The position numbers and the translations under genes were made by a program. Positions 52,283 through 64,000 of a DNA stretch of 64,000 nt are shown here, one piece after another. A model generated the notes under the pieces. It was not told where the DNA came from and searched no databases. It saw only the letters and a list, made by a program, of their open reading frames with translations. The DNA is from Eledone cirrhosa (taxonomy: Eukaryota), in NCBI GenBank assembly GCA_964016885.1, contig OZ024742.1, positions 137,206,001 through 137,270,000 on the forward strand, read 5' to 3'. Within the stretch, counting starts at the first letter, position 1, and every line of letters starts with the position of its first letter.

Positions 52283-53480
52283 TTAGGTAATTCCGAAGAA
52301 AAAGAAAAGGAAAAAAGAGTGCTCTATGTATAGAAAAGAGCTATTTAGTTAGAAAGTGAACAACACAACATATAACTACTCCATTACCAAAGGTTTCTGG
52401 ATCCCAGACAATAATAATATTCCGCTGGTAATGGAGTACTTATATTTTCTGTTGTTAACTTTCTAACTAAATATTTATATATATATATATACATACACAC
52501 ATATATATATTAAAGTGTTAAACAATCTTCGATGAGTATATCAAAGAATGAGTTTTACAGTAGATTGGAAGCACTCTACGAAAAATAATTTTCCGGAGTT
52601 ATTAATATTAAAATATTAATGAAATAGATGTCCTTTTGATCAATTACATTTTATTATACATATTTCGGATCTACAACAGTACGTCCTCATCAGACAAAAT
52701 ATAATGATACATGACATACCCTGAGATGTTAAATGGTTAAGATTTAATCAAGGTAGTGATTAACCTAAGAGAAAATTTAACATATATACCCTAATTATGA
52801 CAGAATGCGAAAACGTAATAAATTCAATAGAGAATGTGTGAGTAAGAAAAACGTTGCTTAATTCAACAGTTATAGAGATTTTAAAATGTATGAAACTACG
52901 ATTTATCTAGGAAAACATCTCATGAATCATAACAGCCAGTGATAGCCCCTGGAAAAGGATTTATAGAGAGGGAAAGATAAAGGGGGGGGGGGTGATATAT
53001 GCAGAAGGAGATTTTTCCATAAAGTTAAACGGTTAATTTTGAAAATATGTAATTTATAATTTTAGGGTGAAGAATAAAAATTACGGGATTTTTTTGCTGG
53101 TTATTTATATATTAGTTTTATAAATTCTATAAGTGTGTTATCATTTCTAAGCTTCTGAGTTTTATGAGGGTAACATTTAAAGGATTTAGCTGGCACATCA
53201 AGAATGACATTTTATACTGTTGATTATTTTCCTAAATTTAAACTTTAACATAGATACCAACATATTAGGTATGTAAAGCTTTTGAAGTACTTATTGTTAG
53301 ACATATTTAAATAACGATTATGTATATAGATATATATTAATGAGCCAGTATATGTTAGGTAAATAATAACGACGAAGATAAAAATAAAATAAAATAAGAG
53401 ATTGAGGCATGTTAAGATTAAATATACACCTATATATAAGCAATCGTTTTTTCCTTTTCTTATTCTTCGGAATTACCTAA
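52283..53480. mobile_element. Composite non-coding element bounded by ~50-bp inverted repeats, with internal foldback and hammerhead motif
   Basis: TTAGGTAATTCCGAAGAA... (52283) vs ...TTCTTCGGAATTACCTAA (53480); inner inverted pair 52342-52389/52426-52473; microsatellite on both sides. Confidence 0.6.
52648..52700 (-). ncRNA. Type I hammerhead ribozyme motif (minimal stem III)
   Basis: Minus strand: ATTTTGT CTGATGA GGA..TAC-TGTT-GTA..TCC GAAA TATGTA TA ATAAAAT; 7-bp stem I, AUA cleavage triplet. Confidence 0.65.
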
Positions 53481-53536
<56 letters not shown>

Positions 53537-54329
53537 AAAGACAGTTTGATTCGTACATCCCTATTTATTTTGTTATATCTATTTCAAAGAAGTTATATAA
53601 CAACTGCTCTACGTGTTCTCTGCAGATAAATATCCAAATGAGATGTAAAGTTCCATTGATATGTTACTGGTAATACGGGTTATTTACTTCCCCGACCAAT
53701 AAGCATATGTCCGAATTTCTCAAGTACCAGTTCTTATATGTGCAGGATATAATTGTTCTAATTGGCGTTGCTAATTGTAATCTGGCTGGGGTATTAAGTT
53801 ACCAGATTTGTCGCTTGATTCGTAGTAAGGCATGTAGGAACTGTTAGTCTTTTTTTTATATATGTATTCCTATATATTATTACTTCTGGACTAGATTTTA
53901 TTCATTTAGATAATGAGTTTAATTTTAGATATTCGTACTTTGCGCTGATGTTATAATATATCTATATATTTATGAATGTTCAATTACGTATTTGGTGGTC
54001 TATTTAACATTATTTACTGAAGTTTTAGCTATATATTCACCGAAATGTCTTAATGTTGTGTAAACAAAAATTTAAAATTTCAGAGCGTTTGTTAATATGA
54101 CAATTCCCAACTTGCTGTTCTCTTTCAACTTGCTATTCTCTTTCTCCTTTCCCTATGATCCATGATAAATATGGCTTCTACGTAACGATATTTGTCATTC
54201 TGTAGAAGTTGTCTGATGAGAACGCCGTTTCTTGCATCATAAATGGATGATGGAGCTGGGTCATTGAAATCTGTATAGTGATTTCACGGAATTAAAATTT
54301 AAGGCTTATCTTCCAGTCCGGCCTTCTGT

Positions 54330-55400
54330 TGTCGTATTAAATCTCTTGCTTTAAAGCGCGCCCGCAACCTTCGCGACCTCCTGGTTCACAGTTCCTTTTC
54401 GACCTCTCCCATGAATCCACTCGGCTCTCATCCTTGCTCCCTTTCCCGTTGCAACACTTGTCCCTTTATTTCCACCCTCACCACTCTTACAGGCCCAAAC
54501 GGGTCTTTCCATATCCGCCATTCCTTCACCTGCACATTCACCCACGTTGTCTATACCCTCCGGTGTTCCCTTTGCGAGTCTTTATATATCGGACAAACGG
54601 GACGCCGTATGGCGGACCGTTTTGCCGAAATTTTGAGGGACATACGACTCGGTTTGGATACTCCTGTCGCCCGTCATTTTTGTTCTCCTGGTCATTCTTC
54701 CCTACATGTTTCAGTCCTGGGTGTCCTTTTACATCATGGATCACAGGCCTCGCGCACCAAGACTGAACGAAGTCTGATTCACCGCCATGGGTCCTATTTC
54801 TCTCTTCGACTCAACTGACCTCCCCAATTTCTCTAATACCCCGTCCATTATCACACTCCTAGATTCCTATCGCTTTCTCTTGATCATTAGCAGCTTCTCT
54901 TACAACTAATACATGCCGACTATATATGCTCACTCCACTTTTCCCTTCACTGCTCTGTATACACACCCTTATATTAACATACGTTTGCCCATAGCTGCGT
55001 ACTTACATGTACACACACTCTTTAACTCATATATATACATACATTTCTTCTTAGCTTCGTACGGACGTATAATAACACACACACGCACGCACAAACACAC
55101 ACACACACAAACATGCTTACGCACGTGCTCAAATATAGCTCGTTTAATGAAATGTTTTTTTTTCCATTTCAGGTAGACGCGTTCCATCATCCACTTTTCT
55201 AAAATTTAAATCATACACAAAACGCCAGCACCAACAGTTTTGCAAGAGATATCAACATGAATGGACCTTTTATTTTTATCTAAAGACATTTTTTCCAATC
55301 CAATCCCGCCCATCCCCTCAATCTATCTTATTTCTCATTCTTTCTTCTGATGAAAGACTAGCGTCCGAAACGTTAACACCCTCTTCCTGCTATAACAAGT
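54330..55400 (+). mobile_element. Penelope-like element 3' part (Neptune-type Cys linker + GIY-YIG endonuclease) with 3' pLTR
   Basis: KRARNLRDLLVHS, CSLSRCNTCPF, FTCTFTHVVYTLRCSLCESLYIGQTGRRMADRFAE..PVARHF..GHS (ORF 54411-54818); hammerhead-like core downstream. Confidence 0.85.
55343..55378 (+). ncRNA. Degenerate minimal PLE-type hammerhead motif
   Basis: CTGATGA AA GAC-TAGC-GTC C GAAACGTTA; palindromic AACGTT stem III; stem I poorly paired. Confidence 0.5.
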
Positions 55401-55480
55401 GTTAACCTAATATATCCCTTCCATATACTGTACCGATTGCGTTGTTATTTCTGTTTACCTTTTACATATATATATATATA

Positions 55481-55885
55481 TTTGTTTTGTGAGGTGTTTG
55501 ATATGAAATCGTGTGTCGAAACAAATATTGTTATACTTGGGGAGGGTCATATTGTTGTAATAATATTGCCAGAAATAATAACAGAACATTGTATATCTAC
55601 GGCATTTTTCGTATATATACAATACAACAGGAGGAACATAACAGTACCACTGATGATGTTGAGATGTGCAACGAAAAAACCTTGTTAGACTATATATATG
55701 TGTTTATATCTATATTATATCTATATTTTTGACCGCTGGTCAGTCAATGGTAAACATTGAAGACCGGATGAATTAATTGTGGAGATATAAAAGATACAGA
55801 AGCGAAAACCAACCAAACAGTGAGTGTGTTCTGTTATATTTCTGGCAATATTATTACAACAATATGATCCTCCCCAAGTATAACA

Positions 55886-55890
<5 letters not shown>
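55481..55890. repeat. Element with ~62-bp inverted repeat, bounded by (TA)n
   Basis: 55526-55588 TATTGTTATACTTGGGGAGGGTCATATTGTTG... is the reverse complement of 55826-55888. Confidence 0.75.
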
Positions 55891-55943
<53 letters not shown>

Positions 55944-56671
55944 ATTTGCATATCCGCTATGTTAGAGCGACAGCTTATTTTTATTTTTAATTTTCGGCAA
56001 AGCCAGCTGTAAAAATGCTCAGTATGCTAATTAGGCTAATCGACCGATGTATTTTTTAGATAATACTATATATTCTCAAGAGGTTTAGGATGTGAGAGAG
56101 AAAAGAGATGCATAAACTTGAAAAAGGACAATTACCCAGAACAAATATCATTGTCCGTTGTTTCTGTCTGTCACCGCTAGAATAAAAGGAAGACACTGGT
56201 CGTCTAAAATACATATCGTAATGAAGCTGTTAGCTTGCAAACAAATCGAATATGATTATTACTCGGACACCAGTGATAAAGTAGTAAGCCTCAAAATATA
56301 TGTGACGCGTCACGTCACAATAATGGGGAGGTAAGCCATGCATAACAAATTTATACGATGGCACAGATACAAATTTAAAAAAATGGTGAAGCCAGGTATA
56401 CTCTACCAGGGTGTTTTCGTAGAGAAAACGAAGAGAGAATCGGAAACAATAAATAAATAAATCGAACTAGAGTAATCAAAGTGAGAAAGTTCAACTTACA
56501 ATTTAAATGTAGGAACTATAAATAGTTGTGGAACGAAGCTTATCGAATAGATTGGATACAGCTTCGGCCGTTTCTTCACTCACTCATTAATTTAATTAAA
56601 TCCGAATTATTAAAATTCGAACCCAACAATGATAGAGAGATAGAGAGATAGAGAGATAGAGAGATAGATGG

Positions 56672-56704
<33 letters not shown>

Positions 56705-56719
56705 TGAAAAGTGAGATAG

Positions 56720-57677
56720 ATATCTTTCTTTATTTGACACAGGGGCGTACAACAATAGGACATTGCAAGAGGTGACGGCGGGCGTTTTACATAAACATAA
56801 CTTTAACATTAATAAATAACAATAAACTATATATAATAAAATAACAATTCAAATCCCCAGTAGGGGGGAACGTTACAGCAGGGTTGTTTTACACCCCGTG
56901 GATAGAACAACCCTCAAAACCAGGAACACGTTTTGTAGGTGTTCCTCTCTGTCTTATCCCTCTGTTTATCTCCCTCAACCTACAGGCTTATATACAGAGA
57001 AGGCCCATTCACTCGGGCCAGTTTTGCCACAATCACCCACCTTTCAGCGAATTTACTGGTGTGTAGCACCTCTCTCTCCACTCTCACCTTCCTTCTGGAT
57101 AAGTTGTTGTCCGGAGAGAAAGGTGTTTGCTCACAGTCCTTTTAACCTCGTCCACCATATTACCTCTTTCGCCATAGCCACCGGACAGAGGAAAACCGCC
57201 TCTCCTTCGTTCTTAAATGAAGGCGGTGAGGTGATCCTCACGATGGACTCGGCTGACAACTGGATACGTCCCACACGTGACAGCAGCTGTTCGACATAAT
57301 TCCACAGATCGGTCACCCCTGGGCACTGAACAATTGCGTGCAGAACGGTTTCGATGTCCTGCTCGCATCTTGGACAGGTCCTTTTGGCAGGATCCCTGCC
57401 AGGGCATCGGTGCCTGTAGATTGTGTCTCGAACTGGTAGAGCTCCTCGGTAGCACTGCCAGGCCAGAAATATTTGGAAGTAATCCATAGGCCCTGGACGG
57501 AAAGTCCCCCCGAACATACTGGTCAGTTGTCCTCATCGATGCCTAGAGTTTCCCCGAGAACGTCGTTGCACTTATCCTCCACGAATCCACTATAGAATGT
57601 CGAAGTGGGTCTCCGCTGATTGCCGTTTCCGCTTGGTAGAGGGCTGTGAGCGCCTGTAGGCACTCGATGTGCCAGTG
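56720..57677 (-). mobile_element. Tx1 copy 5, 5'-truncated, flanked by (GATA)n
   Basis: LAWQCYRGALPVRD...CPRCEQDIETVLHAIVQC; 3' end AATAAAGAAAG; GATAGATGGATAGATAGA on both sides. Confidence 0.88.
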
Positions 57678-57736
57678 ATAGATAGATGGATAGATAGACA
57701 GAGAGAGAGGGGGGAGTTAATTTTTTAAAATTCATT

Positions 57737-57833
57737 AAACCTTACTTGAGAACACGCGTTTCATCTAAAAAGGATATTCAACACGTGTGTTGAAAATCCT
57801 TTGAGTTGAATCGCATGTTCTCAAATATGGTTT
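57737..57833. repeat. ~97-bp imperfect palindrome
   Basis: AAACCTTACTTGAGAACACGCG...TTCAACACGTGTGTTGAA...CGCATGTTCTCAAATATGGTTT. Confidence 0.75.
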
Positions 57834-57926
57834 GGTACTTGCTATGAAATTAACTCCTCACCTAACACGTCCTTTAGACTGAGTGTTCTACCAACTTTGA
57901 ATATAGCCTTCGGATTCTTCACTACA

Positions 57927-58002
<76 letters not shown>

Positions 58003-58014
58003 TTATATATACAT

Positions 58015-58083
<69 letters not shown>

Positions 58084-58107
58084 TATATATATATATATAT
58101 ATATATA

Positions 58108-58752
58108 TAGGAAACTGTTCAAGATCCCGACGGCAGAGCTCGAGCCGTTTCGACGGCTATTTCTGGATTAATTTAGAGTGGTAATAAATAGCCGAACTTT
58201 TCATGAGGTAATTCCTTATATGCGAAGATTCTAGTTGTCAAAAGGATTGGTCAAATTTTCTTGTAAATATATATTAAGTCTTTCATAGTGGTGGGTGGGG
58301 GGGGGGGGGCTGAACTTGCCTGTAGAATAATGAGGGAGTGGGTGGAGCCGGTCACGCGTTGAAAGTGAATTCTATATAGCAAATTCGAAGGAGTGTGGAA
58401 GAAAATAGGCTAGCTAATAAGCAGGCGAAAAAATAATTCTAGAGGAATCTGAGAGTGGGAAGCTGGGAGAAAGGAGATTACCTTCCAAAAGCCGCTTCGC
58501 TTGAGGGCTTGGTTGTAATAAGGCGCATATTCATCGAATATCTCCTCATTAGCAGACAAACGAGATATGCGGAGGGAGATGTTTTTAACCAGGTTATTGG
58601 TGATATTTCTAGAATGGTTAGAGCGGTGGTGGATATAGTGAAGGTTGTCGTTTGGTTTCCTGTATGGGTAGTACAGATCATTTTCGAGGTTGAGGGTAAC
58701 GTTCAGGAAATTGAATCGGGTTAGGGACGTCTGTAGGGTGATTTTAAATCCA
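58108..58752 (-). mobile_element. Penelope-like element fragment: RT palm end/thumb followed directly by 3' non-coding end (Naiad-like order)
   Basis: GFKITL..NFLNVTLNL..YYPYRKPNDNLHYIHHRSNHS..NISLRISRLSANEEIFD..YYNQALKRSGF, stop at 58410, no GIY-YIG seen downstream; (TA)n on both sides. Confidence 0.75.
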
Positions 58753-58909
58753 TATATATATATAAGCCAACACAAGAGCCAAAATGACGATGTCATTCTA
58801 CTGAAATGGGTTTCAAGTGGGTGTTTGCAAATTTTCAAACGAATTGAATATTAATATTCTAAAAATTAGACTACATTGTATTCAGCCATGTACAGCGATA
58901 CACTATTAG

Positions 58910-59010
<101 letters not shown>

Positions 59011-59571
59011 TAAATGATTGTATGGTAATAGTTATGGATGAACACAATTTGAAACTAGTAATTCGTCCGTTAGTTTTTTCGGGAAGGATGCGATTTATTT
59101 TTCTAACTTTAAAATATATTATATAAGCTGTAATTATTTTTATATAAGTTCAAATAAATTACTATATTCCATACTTTATATTTTTATGCACTGGCTATTC
59201 TAACACCATTTTCCCCCATAAACATCGGAAAGGAATCTTGCAGTACCCCATAGTTTATGTGATTATAGCCCACACATATTATATATCTTCTCATAGTTCT
59301 CGTGTACAACAAGACCATACTCATTTCCCAATCTTTTGATGAAAAGCTGGAACGAAGAAACAAACAAACCATGCCTGTGTTACTAAGAACAGCATGTGTA
59401 TTTTTCGTAGTAAACAAATTTTGCAGTGGTAATTTTTGTAACTTTTTAAAATCTCATATGTGCTCTAGCGAGCAATAATGTCAATAATATCTATATACTT
59501 ATATATTCATAAATATATGTATACACACACACACAGACACACATACATATATATATATTATATGTGTGTGT

Positions 59572-59620
<49 letters not shown>

Positions 59621-59665
59621 CGAATGTTTATCCGTATGTATATATGTATATACATATATATATAT

Positions 59666-59968
<303 letters not shown>

Positions 59969-60527
59969 ATATATATATATATACATGCACATACACACAC
60001 GCACAAGCACACACACACAGACACACATACATAAATATATATATATATATATAAATTCTTTCTGCTATCAATTACACATTCACATTCTACATTTGAAACA
60101 AAGAACCGCTTCTTATACGGGCGGCGTCGTTATCAGCAGTCACTGCTCTCCGAATTGGTCTGTAACCGCATGGCTACCCCAACTTCGAGAACTATACTCA
60201 TATTAATGTCCAAATTAAGTAAGAACTGAATCACATCGCTGAATAAAAGATATAATTCATTCACTAACCAGAAGAGATTCTGAGACGTGATATTTTCCAT
60301 CATCAACAGTACTGGTATCTTGTTCACTGTACAAAAGATGGACGCCGACCTGTCTGATTTCAACTTGCTACTTTGACCCGTTTCCAGATCCGATAATCCG
60401 TCAACATGATGAGTGAAATGGATTAAATGCATGTCTACATCTAACAAAACACACACGTACGAAACCTAACCTCACCTCAACCATATTCTGCGCACATATA
60501 ACATATCACTTGTTCTGTTATAATATG

Positions 60528-60702
<175 letters not shown>

Positions 60703-60723
60703 TATATATATATGTATGTATAT

Positions 60724-60789
<66 letters not shown>

Positions 60790-60850
60790 TGTACACACAA
60801 GCACACTTACAGATATACATACATGTATGTGTGAGTGTGTGAGTGGGGAA

Positions 60851-60888
<38 letters not shown>

Positions 60889-61029
60889 TGTCTTTTATTA
60901 TATAAATTATGAACACACAACCTTTGCAATCCCTAATGTGCAGATGTATATAATTTTCTTCACTGTTTTATCTTCTATCTCTGACTATTTTTTCACTATG
61001 ATACCACTCTTATTACTTATTCGTTTAGG

Positions 61030-61250
61030 GAGGTTGACTGGCAGTATCGGTTGAGCATCTGATACCATGACTCATGGCGTAGAGTTATATCCCTTTACGT
61101 TCTGATTTCAAATCTCATTGAGGTCCCCTTCGCATTTTATTCTTACGGAGTCGATAAAATAAAGTACCAGTGACACTCCGGAGTCGATTTAATCGACTTT
61201 CCACTCCCCACAAATTGTTGATCTTGTGTCTAAATCAGAAACTATTATAT
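61030..61250 (+). mobile_element. SINE family A (long subfamily), diverged
   Basis: TGGCAGTATCGG ... GATTTCAAATC ... GTCGATAAAATAAAGTACCAG ... GATCTTGTGTCTAAATCAGAAACTATT. Confidence 0.8.
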
Positions 61251-64000
61251 GTACCTTTATATGTTGTATTTGTATATGTTTGCAAAGAATTCATTTCAAG
61301 GTCACAAATGATAATTTTCTTTTGATTCGTGTACTATTTGGAACTAATTAAGCCTTGTATCGAAATGCAAACATTTTACATACATTATAATTCTCAAAAT
61401 AGCGCCAAATGAAAACTCATTACTAGGGCGCGGTATATCTCATATGATAAACAGGCTTCAAAATCAATTAACAATACAAACATATATGTTTGATAACAGG
61501 AGCAATAACGGCTGCCCAAGAAAAAACAGATATTTAGCACATGTACATAGTCAACATATAATGGCCTCCAGATGATTGCTATCGATTGTGTTCCTTCCAC
61601 CAAGCATTCTCTGTGCCTGTAGGTTTACCCCCAAATAATTTCTGAACATTGTAAATGATATTGAGATTGATGTCCTCTGGAATATTCTGTTAAGCTGATT
61701 TAAATCGACATCGATATGGGAAATATATACTTATATTTTTGTGGTAAGCGCGTGTAAACCTTTCCCTGGGGTCACTAGCATCTGACAATAAAACTTCCAT
61801 GATAAAACGTACGTGGAAATCTTTGTTTTCTAAACCTAAAGTTCCCGTATTTCATCAGAAATTCTAATATCTAGATTCTTAGTCTTTTTATTTAAAACTT
61901 TCTCCTATATTATATCTTTCATCATATCTCTGTACACTGCTCCAATCAATGTCTCCTTCAAACAGCCCCACCGCTTGTAGTTAAAAAAAGCCGGGAAGAA
62001 TGAGAACGAATATATAGAGCATACAGAGGATGTATTACTCATGAATTCTATTCATTAGGATAGCAATGTGGCCAGCTCTAACGGAACCACATCTAGCAAA
62101 GCTTTGTAGTTGACTCTCTTGTGGACACGGTAAGAAAGAAATAATTCGATTAGTAAAACTCTAGAGTTTAAATATCATTTTTTTTTTAGAATATTAAATC
62201 CAGAACCACCAACAGAACAGAAGAAAATAAATGATTTGAGACGCATTAGGTGATTAATAAGATAACACCTTCACGTACAATGGAGATTAATATTTTCATT
62301 GATTTTTCCACATTCATTTCTCGAAAATTGGGAAAAAGAAAATTACGTACTTCTAACGGTTCTATCTAATTGAAAGTAAATACATTCATACTATATCTGT
62401 TTCAACCTTTATGAGTGAAATATGTATGACAATTTTCATTGCAATCAGCGATATTTATGCTTAAATATTGCAACATACTTGCTGCAAGAGAATTACTTTT
62501 ACACAGCAAATTTTGGCGGAATTATTAAAAAGCAAGATAGATATTTTGCCTTAAAGAATTCCAGCTTATAATTTTTTATAAGGACATATTGTAACACATG
62601 TAGCAACCTCCAGAGATTTTACCATGTGTTCTGACATATCCAAACTGAAACTATCTTACAGATCATCAATAAGAAACATGCTTTTAATTCGAATACGTAT
62701 TACGTTTCGTTCATCGTGTTCATCTGAATGATTAGACGTGTGTTTTTATTCGTGTAAGTCATTATTTATTAATCTAAAACTATATAACTAACATAACGTA
62801 TTCAGTATTTTTATTTTATTTTGTATACATGTTAACATATTGGCTCCAAGCATTGTTGAGGGCAGTTTCTAGGAAAAATATTCAGCAAAATTTACTGAAG
62901 CATATCTATTCCATAGTCATTAGAAACCATACATATCCCATCTTGTAAACTGTGTATAGGAATAAAAGAACACTGAAATTCGAATAACATACTTCTCCGA
63001 GAACATGATCATTAGAACAGATACACACACAGACAGACAGACAGATTAAAACACCTAAGGTAGCACACAAAGGGAATTTTAATCCGACGCCTTCAATATA
63101 TAACAGGTAAAATATATGTATTGTAATACCCTCTCAAAAAGCCTTACCCAATTTCCCAATGCAGACATATGAAAGTTGGATGTCATAACTTATAATAGCT
63201 GTACATATATGTGAAATAGACACCACAAAATATAATAGATGTACATCGCCATGCTATCCCTTAAAGACTACAATCCCAACGTTTTATACAGCCCAAATTA
63301 TATATAAATTCAAATATATATAAATGCAATAAACCCCTTCAAACAGCAATTGCATGTAGGAAGTAAATGCATTTTGGTGACAGCAGTTTTATTGGATTGA
63401 TCTTTCTTGACCATTCCCCACCAGAAATGCGGGGCGCCCAACACCAGACGGTTGTACAGGGTGGATGTGTTGGTAGGCACATATCAAATGAAATCTCAAA
63501 CTATGGATACATTTAGAAAGGACCTCATAACCATGTGTAAGGTGTTTGTTTAAAATATAGCTAACGCCACTAACCTAACGACTAATAAGCCCTTAGACCT
63601 TACATTAGAAAACCAAATTACTCCCTCCTGGAATAATTCGGAAAATAGTTGCGTATATGAGCAGGTGAGTCTCCTACGTATTGGGAATTAGGGAAATGTT
63701 TTACTGTGTAGCCCCCTAGAGCTACTCTCCAAAATTAAATTAACTGAAAAGTTGGTATATTTAGGAAACCTCTGCTGAGAAGAAAAATATATGAATTAAT
63801 ATGTATAAAATTAGAATTTAGCTTCAGGCATAGTTGTATACAGATATGTATTGGAATTTTGTATTTCTAAAGAAATACAGTATGTTTAAAATAAATATTT
63901 ATACAGCCATAGCTAACAAAACACCAGGGAACACCGCCAGACGGCATTAGCCGGTGGTGTTTTGGCATAGCTACGACCCTCTAAATGTTTATTTTAAACA

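Noticed and set aside
59184-59417. 77-aa minus-strand ORF
   Set aside because: No recognisable motif or convincing splice signals
63900-63975. Imperfect hairpin TAGCTAACAAAACACC...GGTGTTTTGGCATAGCTA
   Set aside because: Short, at the window edge, no second copy to support it

Overview
AT-rich eukaryotic genomic DNA with dense microsatellites; the SINE families resemble those of octopod cephalopods (inference). No host gene is confidently recognisable, and the window is mostly retroelements. It holds six pieces of a Tx1/L1-type non-LTR retrotransposon (two apparently full length), two R4/Dong-type elements with a restriction-like endonuclease, RTE-type LINE relics, Penelope-like element (PLE) fragments, hammerhead-ribozyme motifs, foldbacks inside (TA)n, a Tc1/mariner end and about 20 tRNA-derived SINE copies. 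The main signal is a set of elements sharing (ATT)n/(AAT)n target tracts. Tx1 copies, Dong copies and one SINE family all sit in these tracts and stack into a ~16.6 kb nest (31.1-47.7 kb). That SINE and the Tx1 elements share a 3'-terminal hairpin with a CTTGT-type loop and compensatory stem changes, which points to a SINE/Tx1 partnership. All identities were judged by eye; no database searches were run.
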